From contig JAFSHA010000017.1 in NCBI GenBank assembly GCA_017440565.1, forward strand, positions 695 through 64,694: a DNA stretch of 64,000 nucleotides, read 5' to 3'. Numbering within the stretch: position 1 is the first letter of the stretch; each line of letters begins with the position of its first letter. This DNA comes from Eggerthellaceae bacterium (GTDB lineage: Bacteria > Actinomycetota > Coriobacteriia > Coriobacteriales > Eggerthellaceae). This document shows, piece after piece, positions 54,587 through 62,994 of this stretch. A program made the position numbers and the translations under genes. Below the pieces are notes generated by a model. It was given only the letters and a program-made list of their open reading frames with translations. It searched no databases and had not been told where the DNA came from.

Positions 54587-54946
54587 ATGGATTACGACTT
54601 TGTCTTCGATAGCGAAAAGAAGATATGGGGGCGCAACTACGAAGAAGTCGAAATCGACAGGGAAACAAAACCCAAAGTGAGCATCCTTTTCGAAAGAGAA
54701 GGAATTGTCCTCTGCGCCGACTGCGACGGCAACGCATTGTTCTGCGACCTTGACAACAACGTGATTCATGAGGGCAAAGTCGAGTCGAGCAATTATTTCT
54801 CACGCGTCCACGTGCGCGTATCCGAGGGAAAACCCATCGCGGAGTTTCCCATAACGAAGTGGATCGATCATTACCCCCACTGCGACGGGGAGCACGACCG
54901 CTGGTCCGAGATCACCATAGATACCGTCACCTTCCGCTGTCCTTAA
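54587..54946 (+). CDS. Hypothetical 119-aa protein (Cys/His-containing)
   Basis: Strong RBS GGGAGGGG and lower GC than the surroundings. CADCDGN...HYPHCDGEH. I did not recognise a family. Confidence 0.55.
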   Translation: MDYDFVFDSEKKIWGRNYEEVEIDRETKPKVSILFEREGIVLCADCDGNALFCDLDNNVIHEGKVESSNYFSRVHVRVSEGKPIAEFPITKWIDHYPHCDGEHDRWSEITIDTVTFRCP

Positions 54947-54973
54947 CGACAATTCGACGGCGCGAACGACTTC

Positions 54974-55128
54974 GTGTTCAAAATCGGCCTCCTTGTAGGC
55001 ATGATGAGGCTCTTTTCTCATGAAAAATAGCCTCCAGATGGAGTTGAAGGTCGTTTTTCTCCACGAATTTATTTCATCTGTGGATTATTTTTCGCATGAT
55101 TTTCTACAAGGAGGCCGATTTTTAACAC
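54974..55128. mobile_element. MITE-like element: 25-bp terminal inverted repeats flanking a ~105-bp AT-rich core
   Basis: GTGTTCAAAATCGGCCTCCTTGTAG (54974-98) versus the reverse complement of 55104-28 gives 24/25 matches. No ORF lies inside. Related GTGTTCAAAA copies sit at 54341-50 and 55161-70. Confidence 0.55.
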
Positions 55129-55188
55129 GGGGGGCCTCATCCCGCCGACAAGGATGCGTTTTTTGAACACAACTTCGCTTAGCGCCAA

Positions 55189-55422
55189 TCATTCGGACTT
55201 TGGCGCTCGATGCCAAGCGCTATGCGGTGACCGCTTAGGGCTAGGCGAGAAAATGCGCACATGGAACAGGGTAAACACAGCAAGCGCTCCCAAAACCAGA
55301 AGCGCAAGCAGCAATCCGGAATAGGCAGAAAGCGCGGCAACGCCGATAGCCGCCACGTTCACTCCGGCGATAAACCACACCACCCCGGCTACGATCAGCA
55401 GCTTCTCCTTCTGAATGCGCAT
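55189..55422 (-). CDS. Small two-TM membrane protein, possibly a truncated remnant
   Basis: ATG 55420-55422 after GAGGGGAAG. MRIQKEKLLIVAGVVWFIAGVNVAAIGV... The C-terminal 20 aa look out of character, and the ORF ends next to the MITE-like element. Confidence 0.35.
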   Translation of the reverse strand: MRIQKEKLLIVAGVVWFIAGVNVAAIGVAALSAYSGLLLALLVLGALAVFTLFHVRIFSPSPKRSPHSAWHRAPKSE

Positions 55423-55528
55423 CGCTTCCCCTCTCATTGCATGCAATCAAAATGTTAGTTAAATTGTATGCAATTTGCTAACAGGATCAAGGGGTGCGTC
55501 GAAAGTGGGGCAATTCTCCCATAAAAGC

Positions 55529-55822
55529 CTAGAAGGGGATGCCCGGGTAATCGCTTAAGTCGCTGGTCGCGGGCTTCGGCTCGTCGGCGGCGGTCCAGCC
55601 GGGCATCCAGTCCTCGAGCTTCTCGGGCAGCTTCCGATGCTCCCCGTAGTAGCGGGCGAGCTTGCGTGTCTGCTCCCATGCGTCCTGGTCTGTGTACATC
55701 CAGGCATCCGGCCCGACGTGGTACTCCTGGTGCACGTGGTCTATCAGCTCGTCGCACAATGGGAACTTGTTCCAGTAGAACATCTCTTCGATCTCGTCGC
55801 GCGTCATGGGGTTTTCCGCCAC
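55529..55822 (-). CDS. Hypothetical acidic/aromatic 97-aa protein
   Basis: GTG 55820-55822 lies 6 nt after AGGAGG. VAENPMTRDEIEEMFYWNKFPLCDELIDHV... The longer ORF to 56059 has an Arg-rich N-terminus that looks non-coding. Confidence 0.45.
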   Translation of the reverse strand: MAENPMTRDEIEEMFYWNKFPLCDELIDHVHQEYHVGPDAWMYTDQDAWEQTRKLARYYGEHRKLPEKLEDWMPGWTAADEPKPATSDLSDYPGIPF

Positions 55823-56035
55823 TTGCAACCTCCTGGATGAGCCGCGCCGAGATCGCATCGGTCTCGGCGGATGGCCTGCGTAGCCAAGGACACGATAGCG
55901 CACGGGAGGCGGCATGCGGGAAACGTTGAGCCAAAAGACCGGTTTGCATGGAAACACCACCTGGTATTGCAACCCGCCGTTCTGCCCGCGCTCGCCTCGA
56001 TGGCGGACTTCGACGTCGCGCCATGCCGCAGAGGT

Positions 56036-56041
56036 TATAAT
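56036..56041 (+). promoter_or_regulatory. Candidate -10 box (TATAAT) for the beta-helix lipoprotein gene
   Basis: TATAAT 46 nt upstream of ATG 56087. Confidence 0.25.
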
Positions 56042-56086
56042 CAGCTCGGACGTCCCCATGAGGGACTGGCGTTTGGCGAGAAAGGG

Positions 56087-58366
56087 ATGACCGTGAAGAT
56101 CCGCAAAGCGATGATCCTGCTGCTGGCTGCCGTGGTGGCGCTGGGGCTGCTGTCCGGCTGCGACGGGGAGACGGACTCCGCATCCACGTCAGTCGAGGCG
56201 TCGGGACAAGCCTCCGGCGCGCTTTCCGCAGAGGGCGACACCCTCGTGCCGGACGGGGAATACGAGCGGGCGATATGGTACGGCTTCGCCGATGACCGGA
56301 ATGATGCCGACGCCGCGACGACGGAAGCCGCATTCGTGGAGATGCTCTCCGCGATGATCCAAAAATTCGACTCCGACAGCTTGGCGGCGTTCGAGGGCGT
56401 TTCCTTCGTGCAAGATGCGGACCAGTCGCAGATCCCGCGCTTTTACGCTGCGATTCTCCTGCTGTACGCGGCGGAAGCGATGGACTGCGCCGCATTGCCC
56501 AACGGAACGTATCCGACCATGAATGCGGAGGCTGTCGACTGGGAAGCGTTCTGGGCCACGGATTGGGGCATGACGGACGGGTTGTCGGAGAGCGCCTTCG
56601 CGGAAAGCAGCGCCGCCATGACGGAGGCGTGGGGCGAGCCCATGAGCCATTATCACGGCGGGATCAACTTCGCGGTCAGCCGCCTCTCCCTCGCCAGCGG
56701 AAAGCCCCTGCTGGACGTGGACGACGAAAGCTACATGCGGCAGAACGAGTACTTGACGCACAGGGAGGCGGCGGTCGCGGTCGTGCGCCTGTTCGAGAGC
56801 AATTCGGAGACGATGGAGCTCTTCCCAGAAGACGCGACGGCTGCGGCCGTGGCGGAAGACATCCTGGCGAAGGCCGAGGAGCGCAGGCAGGCCATCCTGA
56901 ACAGCCCCACGGAGGTCTCGTACGCAGGTGCTGCCTACTACGTCTCCAACAGCGGGAAGGACAGCAACAGCGGAGAATCCCCCGAATCCCCTTGGGCGAC
57001 CATCGGCCGCGTCAACCAGGCCAGCTTGAAGGCCGGCGACGCGGTGTTCTTCGAGCGGGGCGGGACGTGGCGCGCGGAAACGCTGGACACGCAAGAGGGG
57101 GTGACCTACTCCGCCTACGGCGAAGGCGCGAAGCCCCGCCTCATCGCCTCGCCCGAAAACGGGGCGGATGCGGAAAAGTGGGCCCTCCTGGAGGGCACCG
57201 ACAACATCTGGGTCTACCATGAGGATATGTTGGACTGCGGCGTCGTAGTCTTGGACGGCAGCGTCGCCGCGCGGAAGGTCATCGGCTTCTGGGATGGCAG
57301 CCAATACCTCGAGTACGCGGGCCAGGGCGCGTCGGAGGAGGAGCTCCTCTCCGCCCCCGCGTTCGACGTGAAGAAGCAGCTGGACGAGGACCTGACGTTT
57401 TTCTCCCACGCCTCCGACGGGCTGCCCGCAGAGCTCCCCGCCTTCCTGGACGGGGCGATGTCGCAACACGACGGCACGCCTTTGACCTGCAGTACGAAAG
57501 GAAAGCTGTACCTCAGATGCGACGAGGGGAATCCGGGAGAGGTCTACGAAAGCATCGAGTTCGCGACCCCTCTGTCCGTTTTCGACGACCCGGTGGCGGA
57601 GGGCTGCACGCTGGACAACCTCTTCATCGGCTTCAGCGGAAGCGGGGTCAGCGTGGGCAACGCGGGCCTCACCATTCAGAACTGCGAGTTGGCTTGGATT
57701 GGCGGGTGCATCATCTCCTACTCCTTCGAGGACCACGACGGCAACCCCAGGGGAGCCCTTCGGGTGGGCGGCGCGGTCGGCTCCCACGCTGACGAGCTGA
57801 CGATATGCGGCAACTACATCCACGAGATCTACGAGGAGGCCGCACTCGTCGAGATCTTCGAAAGCCAGGAGGCGTATACGGAAGACCTCGTCATAGAGAA
57901 CGTCACCATGTCCGGGAACCTCGTCTACCACGTCGGCTCAGGCATCGGGTACTACAACTGGGATATGGAGCGGAACCCCGAGCACATGTTCAAGAGCTTC
58001 GCATTCGAGGACAACATGGTCCTCTTCACAGGCCTGAACGACTGGTTGAGCAAGCACATATCCTGCGCCTTCGTAGTTGATGGCGGCCCCAACCTCCAAG
58101 AGGAGGTCGTTGTCCGCGACAACGTGTTCTTCGCATCCAGGGACTGCCTGATCTTCATCAACCAGTATCACGCGGACACCGTCGCCGACTACGAGGGGAA
58201 CCAGTACGTCCAGTACGTCAGCTACCCGTTCCTCTTGCTGAACGAGGAGCAGCGCCGGCACTACGGCGACGAAGCAGAGTACGCGGTGCGCGAGCTGCTT
58301 GATGACCAGACGGGCTCCGTCACCACCTTGCGCTCCGCGAAATGGGACAAAAGCCTCGACTGGTAG
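56087..58366 (+). CDS. Large secreted lipoprotein with right-handed parallel beta-helix (pectate-lyase-like) region
   Basis: ORF 55871..58366 trimmed to ATG 56087. MTVKIRKAMILLLAAVVALGLLSGC lipobox. YYVSNSGKDSNSGESPESPWATIGRVNQASLKAGDAVFFERGGTW is typical of beta-helix proteins. Confidence 0.7.
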   Translation: MTVKIRKAMILLLAAVVALGLLSGCDGETDSASTSVEASGQASGALSAEGDTLVPDGEYERAIWYGFADDRNDADAATTEAAFVEMLSAMIQKFDSDSLAAFEGVSFVQDADQSQIPRFYAAILLLYAAEAMDCAALPNGTYPTMNAEAVDWEAFWATDWGMTDGLSESAFAESSAAMTEAWGEPMSHYHGGINFAVSRLSLASGKPLLDVDDESYMRQNEYLTHREAAVAVVRLFESNSETMELFPEDATAAAVAEDILAKAEERRQAILNSPTEVSYAGAAYYVSNSGKDSNSGESPESPWATIGRVNQASLKAGDAVFFERGGTWRAETLDTQEGVTYSAYGEGAKPRLIASPENGADAEKWALLEGTDNIWVYHEDMLDCGVVVLDGSVAARKVIGFWDGSQYLEYAGQGASEEELLSAPAFDVKKQLDEDLTFFSHASDGLPAELPAFLDGAMSQHDGTPLTCSTKGKLYLRCDEGNPGEVYESIEFATPLSVFDDPVAEGCTLDNLFIGFSGSGVSVGNAGLTIQNCELAWIGGCIISYSFEDHDGNPRGALRVGGAVGSHADELTICGNYIHEIYEEAALVEIFESQEAYTEDLVIENVTMSGNLVYHVGSGIGYYNWDMERNPEHMFKSFAFEDNMVLFTGLNDWLSKHISCAFVVDGGPNLQEEVVVRDNVFFASRDCLIFINQYHADTVADYEGNQYVQYVSYPFLLLNEEQRRHYGDEAEYAVRELLDDQTGSVTTLRSAKWDKSLDW

Positions 58367-58401
58367 CCGAGAAGCGCATTGGGTAAACACCGTAACCAAG
58401 A

Positions 58402-58439
58402 CGAAGGGGCCCGGCACTTGCCCGTGCCGAACCCCTTCG
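58402..58439. terminator. Bidirectional stem-loop between convergent genes
   Basis: CGAAGGGG...CCCCTTCG with a nested CGGCAC/GTGCCG stem. Confidence 0.55.
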
Positions 58440-58470
58440 CATAGGCGGTCGCTCTGCTTCGCCGCTCTCC

Positions 58471-59124
58471 CTACGCCTTGAAGGCGTAGACCACGAAGAC
58501 CTCCTCGCCGTTCTCCCACCAGCGGGCGACCGAGATGGAGTCGTACTCGGCGCTCGGGTCGATCTCGACGAAGGAGTCGCCGGCCTCGCTGAGGGTGAGC
58601 TCGCAGCCGTCGATGGTGTAGGTCTCGCCGTTGAACGTGACGCTGTCCATGCCGACGGCCACGATGGCGCCCATGGACTCGCCGGCGAGCTCGACCGGTA
58701 CGCCGAAGGTCAGCACCTTCGGCAGCGCGTCGTCGATGGTGGCCTCGGTCTCCTCGTGCAGCATCCACACGAAGGTGTCGGGCGCGAACTCGCAGCCGTC
58801 GGACACGATGATGCGGCTGCCGAAGGTGCCGTCGAGGTCGATGCCCTTCTCGAATCCGCAGTTCACGAAGTTGACGACGCCCGCGCCCTCGACGGTCAGG
58901 ATGTCGCCGTAGTACATGTTCTCGAACACGAGCTCCTCGCCCTCGCCCACGGTGATCGTGAGCTCGGTCGCGGCCTCGCGGCCCTCGGCCAGGGCAGAGG
59001 CCTCGGCGTCCTGCGATGCCTGGTCGCCCGATGCGGCGGGATCTTCGGCGGACGCGTCGGATCCGCAGCCGGCGAGGCACAGCGCCAACGCCAGAGCAGC
59101 CGCCATGGTTGCTACCTTCTTCAT
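58471..59124 (-). CDS. Hypothetical lipoprotein
   Basis: MKKVATMAAALALALCLAGC lipobox, an acidic linker, then 217 aa of beta-rich sequence. I did not recognise a family. Confidence 0.65.
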   Translation of the reverse strand: MKKVATMAAALALALCLAGCGSDASAEDPAASGDQASQDAEASALAEGREAATELTITVGEGEELVFENMYYGDILTVEGAGVVNFVNCGFEKGIDLDGTFGSRIIVSDGCEFAPDTFVWMLHEETEATIDDALPKVLTFGVPVELAGESMGAIVAVGMDSVTFNGETYTIDGCELTLSEAGDSFVEIDPSAEYDSISVARWWENGEEVFVVYAFKA

Positions 59125-59290
59125 TTCCTTCCCCTTTCGTTAGGATTCGCGCAGGTTGCGCTCCTCCTGATGGTAGCACCGTGAAGGGGCCGTCGGAGAC
59201 TGCGCAGGAGCCGGAAACCGTCAAAGGGCAGGACGCGCAAGGGAAAGCCAGTTGGAAGAACCGAACGACAAAAACAGCGGAGGTGTCGCA

Positions 59291-59665
59291 ATGGGCGCGA
59301 AAAGCTCATCATCACGGATCAAGGCAGTTCATCGGAAGAGGAAGGCGGACACTCGCGCAAGGGTTATGGGCGCGATTAGACTGCTTGAGGAAAAGGGCGA
59401 GCAGATCACGTTCGCCTCGGTGGCCGACATTGCCGGGGTCACACGGGCCACCCTCTACAACCATTCTGACCTGAAGACGATGATCGCCGACAAGAGGGCC
59501 GAGCAGCACAGCGCGCGACGACGGTACGGAAGCGCCATAGCCAAGCTGAAGACAGAGAACAGGAAACTCCGGAAGAAGGTCGAGAGCCAGCGGTCATGGA
59601 TCGAGGTCCTCAACGACACCGGGCCCGTCATGAGAGACGAAGACCTGGTCTCAAAACTGCGTTGA
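59291..59665 (+). CDS. Small HTH protein (TetR-like N-terminal HTH plus coiled coil; resembles recombinase-associated accessory proteins)
   Basis: Trimmed to ATG 59291 after GGAGG. ITFASVADIAGVTRATLYNHSDL HTH, followed by AKLKTENRKLRKKVESQ. Confidence 0.55.
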   Translation: MGAKSSSSRIKAVHRKRKADTRARVMGAIRLLEEKGEQITFASVADIAGVTRATLYNHSDLKTMIADKRAEQHSARRRYGSAIAKLKTENRKLRKKVESQRSWIEVLNDTGPVMRDEDLVSKLR

Positions 59666-59746
59666 AGATTATTTTATACATATAAAGAATGATAATTTAC
59701 TGTTTTAACTGGGGTTATCTACCAACTAGTACAGATAAAAAATCCC

Positions 59747-60277
59747 CTACTCAACCACGAACAACGAGTGAACCTCGGCGTCGCTTACCTTGGCGAGGGC
59801 TTCGCGCGGATTGAGGAAGGCCAGCTCCATGAAGAAGCCGAAGCCGACCACCTGCGCCCCCGCCTGCTCGGCCAGGCTCACCATGGCCTGCGCCGTTCCA
59901 CCCGTTGCCACCAAGTCGTCGATGATGAGCACCTTGTCGCCCGGAACAAGCGCGTCGCGATGAATCTCCAACGAATCGGTGCCGTACTCGAGCACGAACT
60001 CCTTGGAGTACGTCTCGCGCGGCAGCTTGCCCGGCTTGCGCGCGGGAACGAAACCAGCCTGCATGCGATACGCCAGCGCAGAGGCAACCATGAAGCCACG
60101 CGCCTCGGCGGCCACGATCTTGGTGATGCCCTTATCGGCGAAGCGGGATCCCAACTCGTCGATGATCGAGGCGAAAGCCTCAGCGTGCGCGAACACCGGC
60201 GTGATGTCCTTGAAAACGACGCCCGGCTTCGGGAAGTCGGGGATGCTGACGACTAGGCTCTCATAATCAAACGGCAT
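59747..60277 (-). CDS. apt: Adenine phosphoribosyltransferase
   Basis: IPDFPKPGVVFKDITP and the PRPP loop VLIIDDLVATGGTA. Confidence 0.95.
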   Translation of the reverse strand: MPFDYESLVVSIPDFPKPGVVFKDITPVFAHAEAFASIIDELGSRFADKGITKIVAAEARGFMVASALAYRMQAGFVPARKPGKLPRETYSKEFVLEYGTDSLEIHRDALVPGDKVLIIDDLVATGGTAQAMVSLAEQAGAQVVGFGFFMELAFLNPREALAKVSDAEVHSLFVVE

Positions 60278-60326
60278 GGATCCTCCTTAAGCGAAAACGA
60301 CACGAGGCTATGGTAGCACTGATCGA

Positions 60327-60842
60327 TTATCCCCGAGACTCAGCCGAACCCTGACGGCGAATATAGCGGATGGCGCAGCAGTCATCGCCGCGAGCGATGG
60401 TTTTCGGAAGGTCGAGCTCGACTCCAAACGACTCGCCAATGCCCCGATCACCGCACATGGCCAAGTCGCTCAGGCGCTCTATCTCCTCGTCTGAGCAACC
60501 TTGCTTTTGCCACGCCTTCACGAGCGGGCAGTAATGAAAATCGATCGAGAGCTTATCATCGGTGCATTCGACCACGTCCATCTCGAAGACAATCTGCGCG
60601 CTCTTGGTAAAGAGGACCTTCCTGAGGCCCTTCAGGCTGGTGGTCTTGCCTGCCGCGACGTGCAAGTCCCCGTGAATGTTGCCGCAACGTCTAATAGCGG
60701 CCTCCGCGAAGGAATCGTCAAGCCCGCGCTTTTTCGCCTCGTCAACCAGTAGGTACATCCACAACGCACGATGCTCCAACTGCTCGCGCACCTTCACGAA
60801 CAGCGGAAACTTGACCTTCGCCTCGTTTACTATCTTGCTCAT
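60327..60842 (-). CDS. Cys-rich protein of the L-2-amino-thiazoline-4-carboxylic acid hydrolase-like family
   Basis: 171 aa. FHYCPLVKAWQKQGCSDEE...MCGDRGIGESFG...GDDCCAIRY fits my recollection of that family. Confidence 0.45.
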   Translation of the reverse strand: MSKIVNEAKVKFPLFVKVREQLEHRALWMYLLVDEAKKRGLDDSFAEAAIRRCGNIHGDLHVAAGKTTSLKGLRKVLFTKSAQIVFEMDVVECTDDKLSIDFHYCPLVKAWQKQGCSDEEIERLSDLAMCGDRGIGESFGVELDLPKTIARGDDCCAIRYIRRQGSAESRG

Positions 60843-60873
60843 GGCTCCTCCTTACGCGCACGCAAAGCCCCGC

Positions 60874-61608
60874 CTACGCGGCTTTCTTCTTCTTGTCGCC
60901 AATGCGGCTTTCGGTACCGGCGCGCAGACGCGCGATGTTCTCGCGATGCGCCCATATAACGGTAATCGCTGCCAGCGTGCACAGCACAACGGCGAACCCA
61001 TTACCCCAGAAATAGTACAGCGCGAAGAATGGACACGCCGCCGCAGCGGCAATGGAACCCACAGAAACATAGCGCGTGACCAGCACCAATACGATGAAGA
61101 TAGCAAGTTCGAGCCACGCCCCCACGAAGCCGAAGGTCACGAAGAGGCAGCCCACCGCAACCGCGATGCCCTTCCCTCCTTTAAAGCCCAACCACGGGCT
61201 GAAAATATGCCCCCACACGCACGCCAAAAACGAAACCGAAAGGCATATCTGGCTGGCGGTCTCGATGGTGGAAAGATCCATCGCAAGCATCTTGTCGCCC
61301 GTCACGAAAGTCATAAGCGGCGTGATCCACGGAAGGTTGGTGGCAGGATTTTCGGTCACCAGGAAAGCCGCGACCGCCAGTCCCAGCGCCCCCGATGCCA
61401 GGCCCTTCAGGAAATCGAGCACGAACACCGACGCGCCGCCCACCTTGCCTAGCGAACGCATGGCATTGGTGGTGCCAATGTTGCCACTGCCGTGCTTGCG
61501 GATATCGGTTTTGAAGAACACCTTCGAGATGATGACGCCCCACGGAATCGATCCCAAAAGAAAGCACACGGCAAACAGCGCCACGATGATGAGCGAAGCT
61601 TTGACCAC
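60874..61608 (-). CDS. plsY: Glycerol-3-phosphate acyltransferase PlsY
   Basis: LLGSIPWG, HGSGNIGTTN, FKGGKGIA. Confidence 0.9.
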   Translation of the reverse strand: MVKASLIIVALFAVCFLLGSIPWGVIISKVFFKTDIRKHGSGNIGTTNAMRSLGKVGGASVFVLDFLKGLASGALGLAVAAFLVTENPATNLPWITPLMTFVTGDKMLAMDLSTIETASQICLSVSFLACVWGHIFSPWLGFKGGKGIAVAVGCLFVTFGFVGAWLELAIFIVLVLVTRYVSVGSIAAAAACPFFALYYFWGNGFAVVLCTLAAITVIWAHRENIARLRAGTESRIGDKKKKAA

Positions 61609-61611
61609 GGG

Positions 61612-62925
61612 CTAGTCCTTCTTCTTGAACTTGAGCTTGATGGGCGTGCCCACCAAATCGAAATGCTCGCGCAGGCGGTTTTCCAGGTAGCGCTCGTAGT
61701 TGTCGTCCACGATGTCGGGACGGTTGGCAAAGAAGGTGAACTGCGGCGGGCACGTGGCCGTCTGGGTCACGTACTTCATACGCAAAATGGCCTTGCCCTT
61801 GCTGATGGTATGGCCGCTCTCGCGAATCTGCGAGAGGAAGGTGTTCAGCTGGTTGGTGGGAATGACGCGCGAATAGGCCGCGTAAGCCTGGTCGATGACC
61901 TCCCACACGCGGTCGACCTTCTTGCCGGTAAGCGCGGAGATGGCCACCACCGGCGCATAGCCCACGAACGTCATGCGGTCGGCAATGCGCTCGCGAACCT
62001 CGGCCTTGGCCTCGGGACCCTCGACGATGTCCCACTTGTTCAGAAGGATGGCCATGGCGCAGCCGCGCTCGGCCGCGTAACCAGCCACGCGCTGGTCCTC
62101 GTTGGTAAGACCCAGCGTGCCGTCGATGACCAGAAGCGCCACGTCAGCGCGGTCGATGGCGCGCATGGCGCGCACGAAACCGTAGTACTCCACGTCCTCG
62201 TCAATCTGGCTCTTGCGGCGAAGACCCGCCGTGTCGACGATGCGGTAAAGCTGCCCTTCGTGTTCGACCACCGTGTCAACCGCATCGCGCGTGGTACCCG
62301 CCACGTCGCTCACGATGGAGCGCTCGTTGTTGGTCAGGCGGTTGGTGAGAGACGACTTGCCGGCGTTCGGACGGCCAATGATGGCCACGTTGATGCCCGG
62401 CTCTTCTTCCTCGAAGTCAACGTCGAGCTTGCGCAGCTCCCCCACGATCTCGTCGAGCAAGTCACCCGTGCCGTGCCCATGCGTCGCCGAAACCGGCCAC
62501 GGGTCGCCCAAGCCAAGCTGGTAGAACTCCCACAGCTCGTCCTCGCGGCCCGGGGTGTCCATCTTGTTCACCGCCAGAAAGATAGGCTTGTCGGACCTGC
62601 GCAGGATGCGCGCAACCTCTTCGTCATCGGCGTTGATGCCGGTCTTGCCGTCAACCAGAAACACGATGACGTCGGCTTCGCGCGCGGCCTCGAAGGCCTG
62701 GTTGCGAATGGAGCCCTGGAAGACATCCTCGTTGCCCATCTCGATGCCGCCCGTATCGATGAGCGTGAAATCCATGCCGTTCCAATCGGCCTTATGGTAG
62801 GAACGGTCGCGCGTGACGCCGCGCATCTCGTGGACGATGGCCTCGTCCACCTGGGCGATTCGGTTCACAAGCGTGGATTTACCCACATTGGGGCGGCCAA
62901 CGACCGCAACGATCGGCAATGCCAT
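61612..62925 (-). CDS. der: Ribosome-associated GTPase Der (EngA)
   Basis: Trimmed to ATG 62923-62925. Two G domains (GRPNVGKST, GRPNAGKSS) and a KH-like C-terminus. Confidence 0.95.
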   Translation of the reverse strand: MALPIVAVVGRPNVGKSTLVNRIAQVDEAIVHEMRGVTRDRSYHKADWNGMDFTLIDTGGIEMGNEDVFQGSIRNQAFEAAREADVIVFLVDGKTGINADDEEVARILRRSDKPIFLAVNKMDTPGREDELWEFYQLGLGDPWPVSATHGHGTGDLLDEIVGELRKLDVDFEEEEPGINVAIIGRPNAGKSSLTNRLTNNERSIVSDVAGTTRDAVDTVVEHEGQLYRIVDTAGLRRKSQIDEDVEYYGFVRAMRAIDRADVALLVIDGTLGLTNEDQRVAGYAAERGCAMAILLNKWDIVEGPEAKAEVRERIADRMTFVGYAPVVAISALTGKKVDRVWEVIDQAYAAYSRVIPTNQLNTFLSQIRESGHTISKGKAILRMKYVTQTATCPPQFTFFANRPDIVDDNYERYLENRLREHFDLVGTPIKLKFKKKD

Positions 62926-62994
62926 GTTCTCATTCCTTCTATTGAAAAGGGCGCCTCGCACATTGCGGATTCCTTCCGCAAGCACGGGCCGCGC

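Noticed and set aside
54336-54984. Integron-like cassette (attC) interpretation of the GTGTTCAAAA repeats flanking the 119-aa gene
   Set aside because: The repeats do not fit the RYYYAAC/GTTRRRY core-site pattern, no integrase gene is nearby, and only one gene is bracketed.
55823-56059. N-terminal extension of the 97-aa ORF to 176 aa
   Set aside because: The extension contains an Arg/Pro/Ser-rich stretch typical of non-coding high-GC sequence. The AGGAGG-6 nt-GTG start at 55822 is much better supported. The region also holds the likely promoter of the divergent lipoprotein gene.
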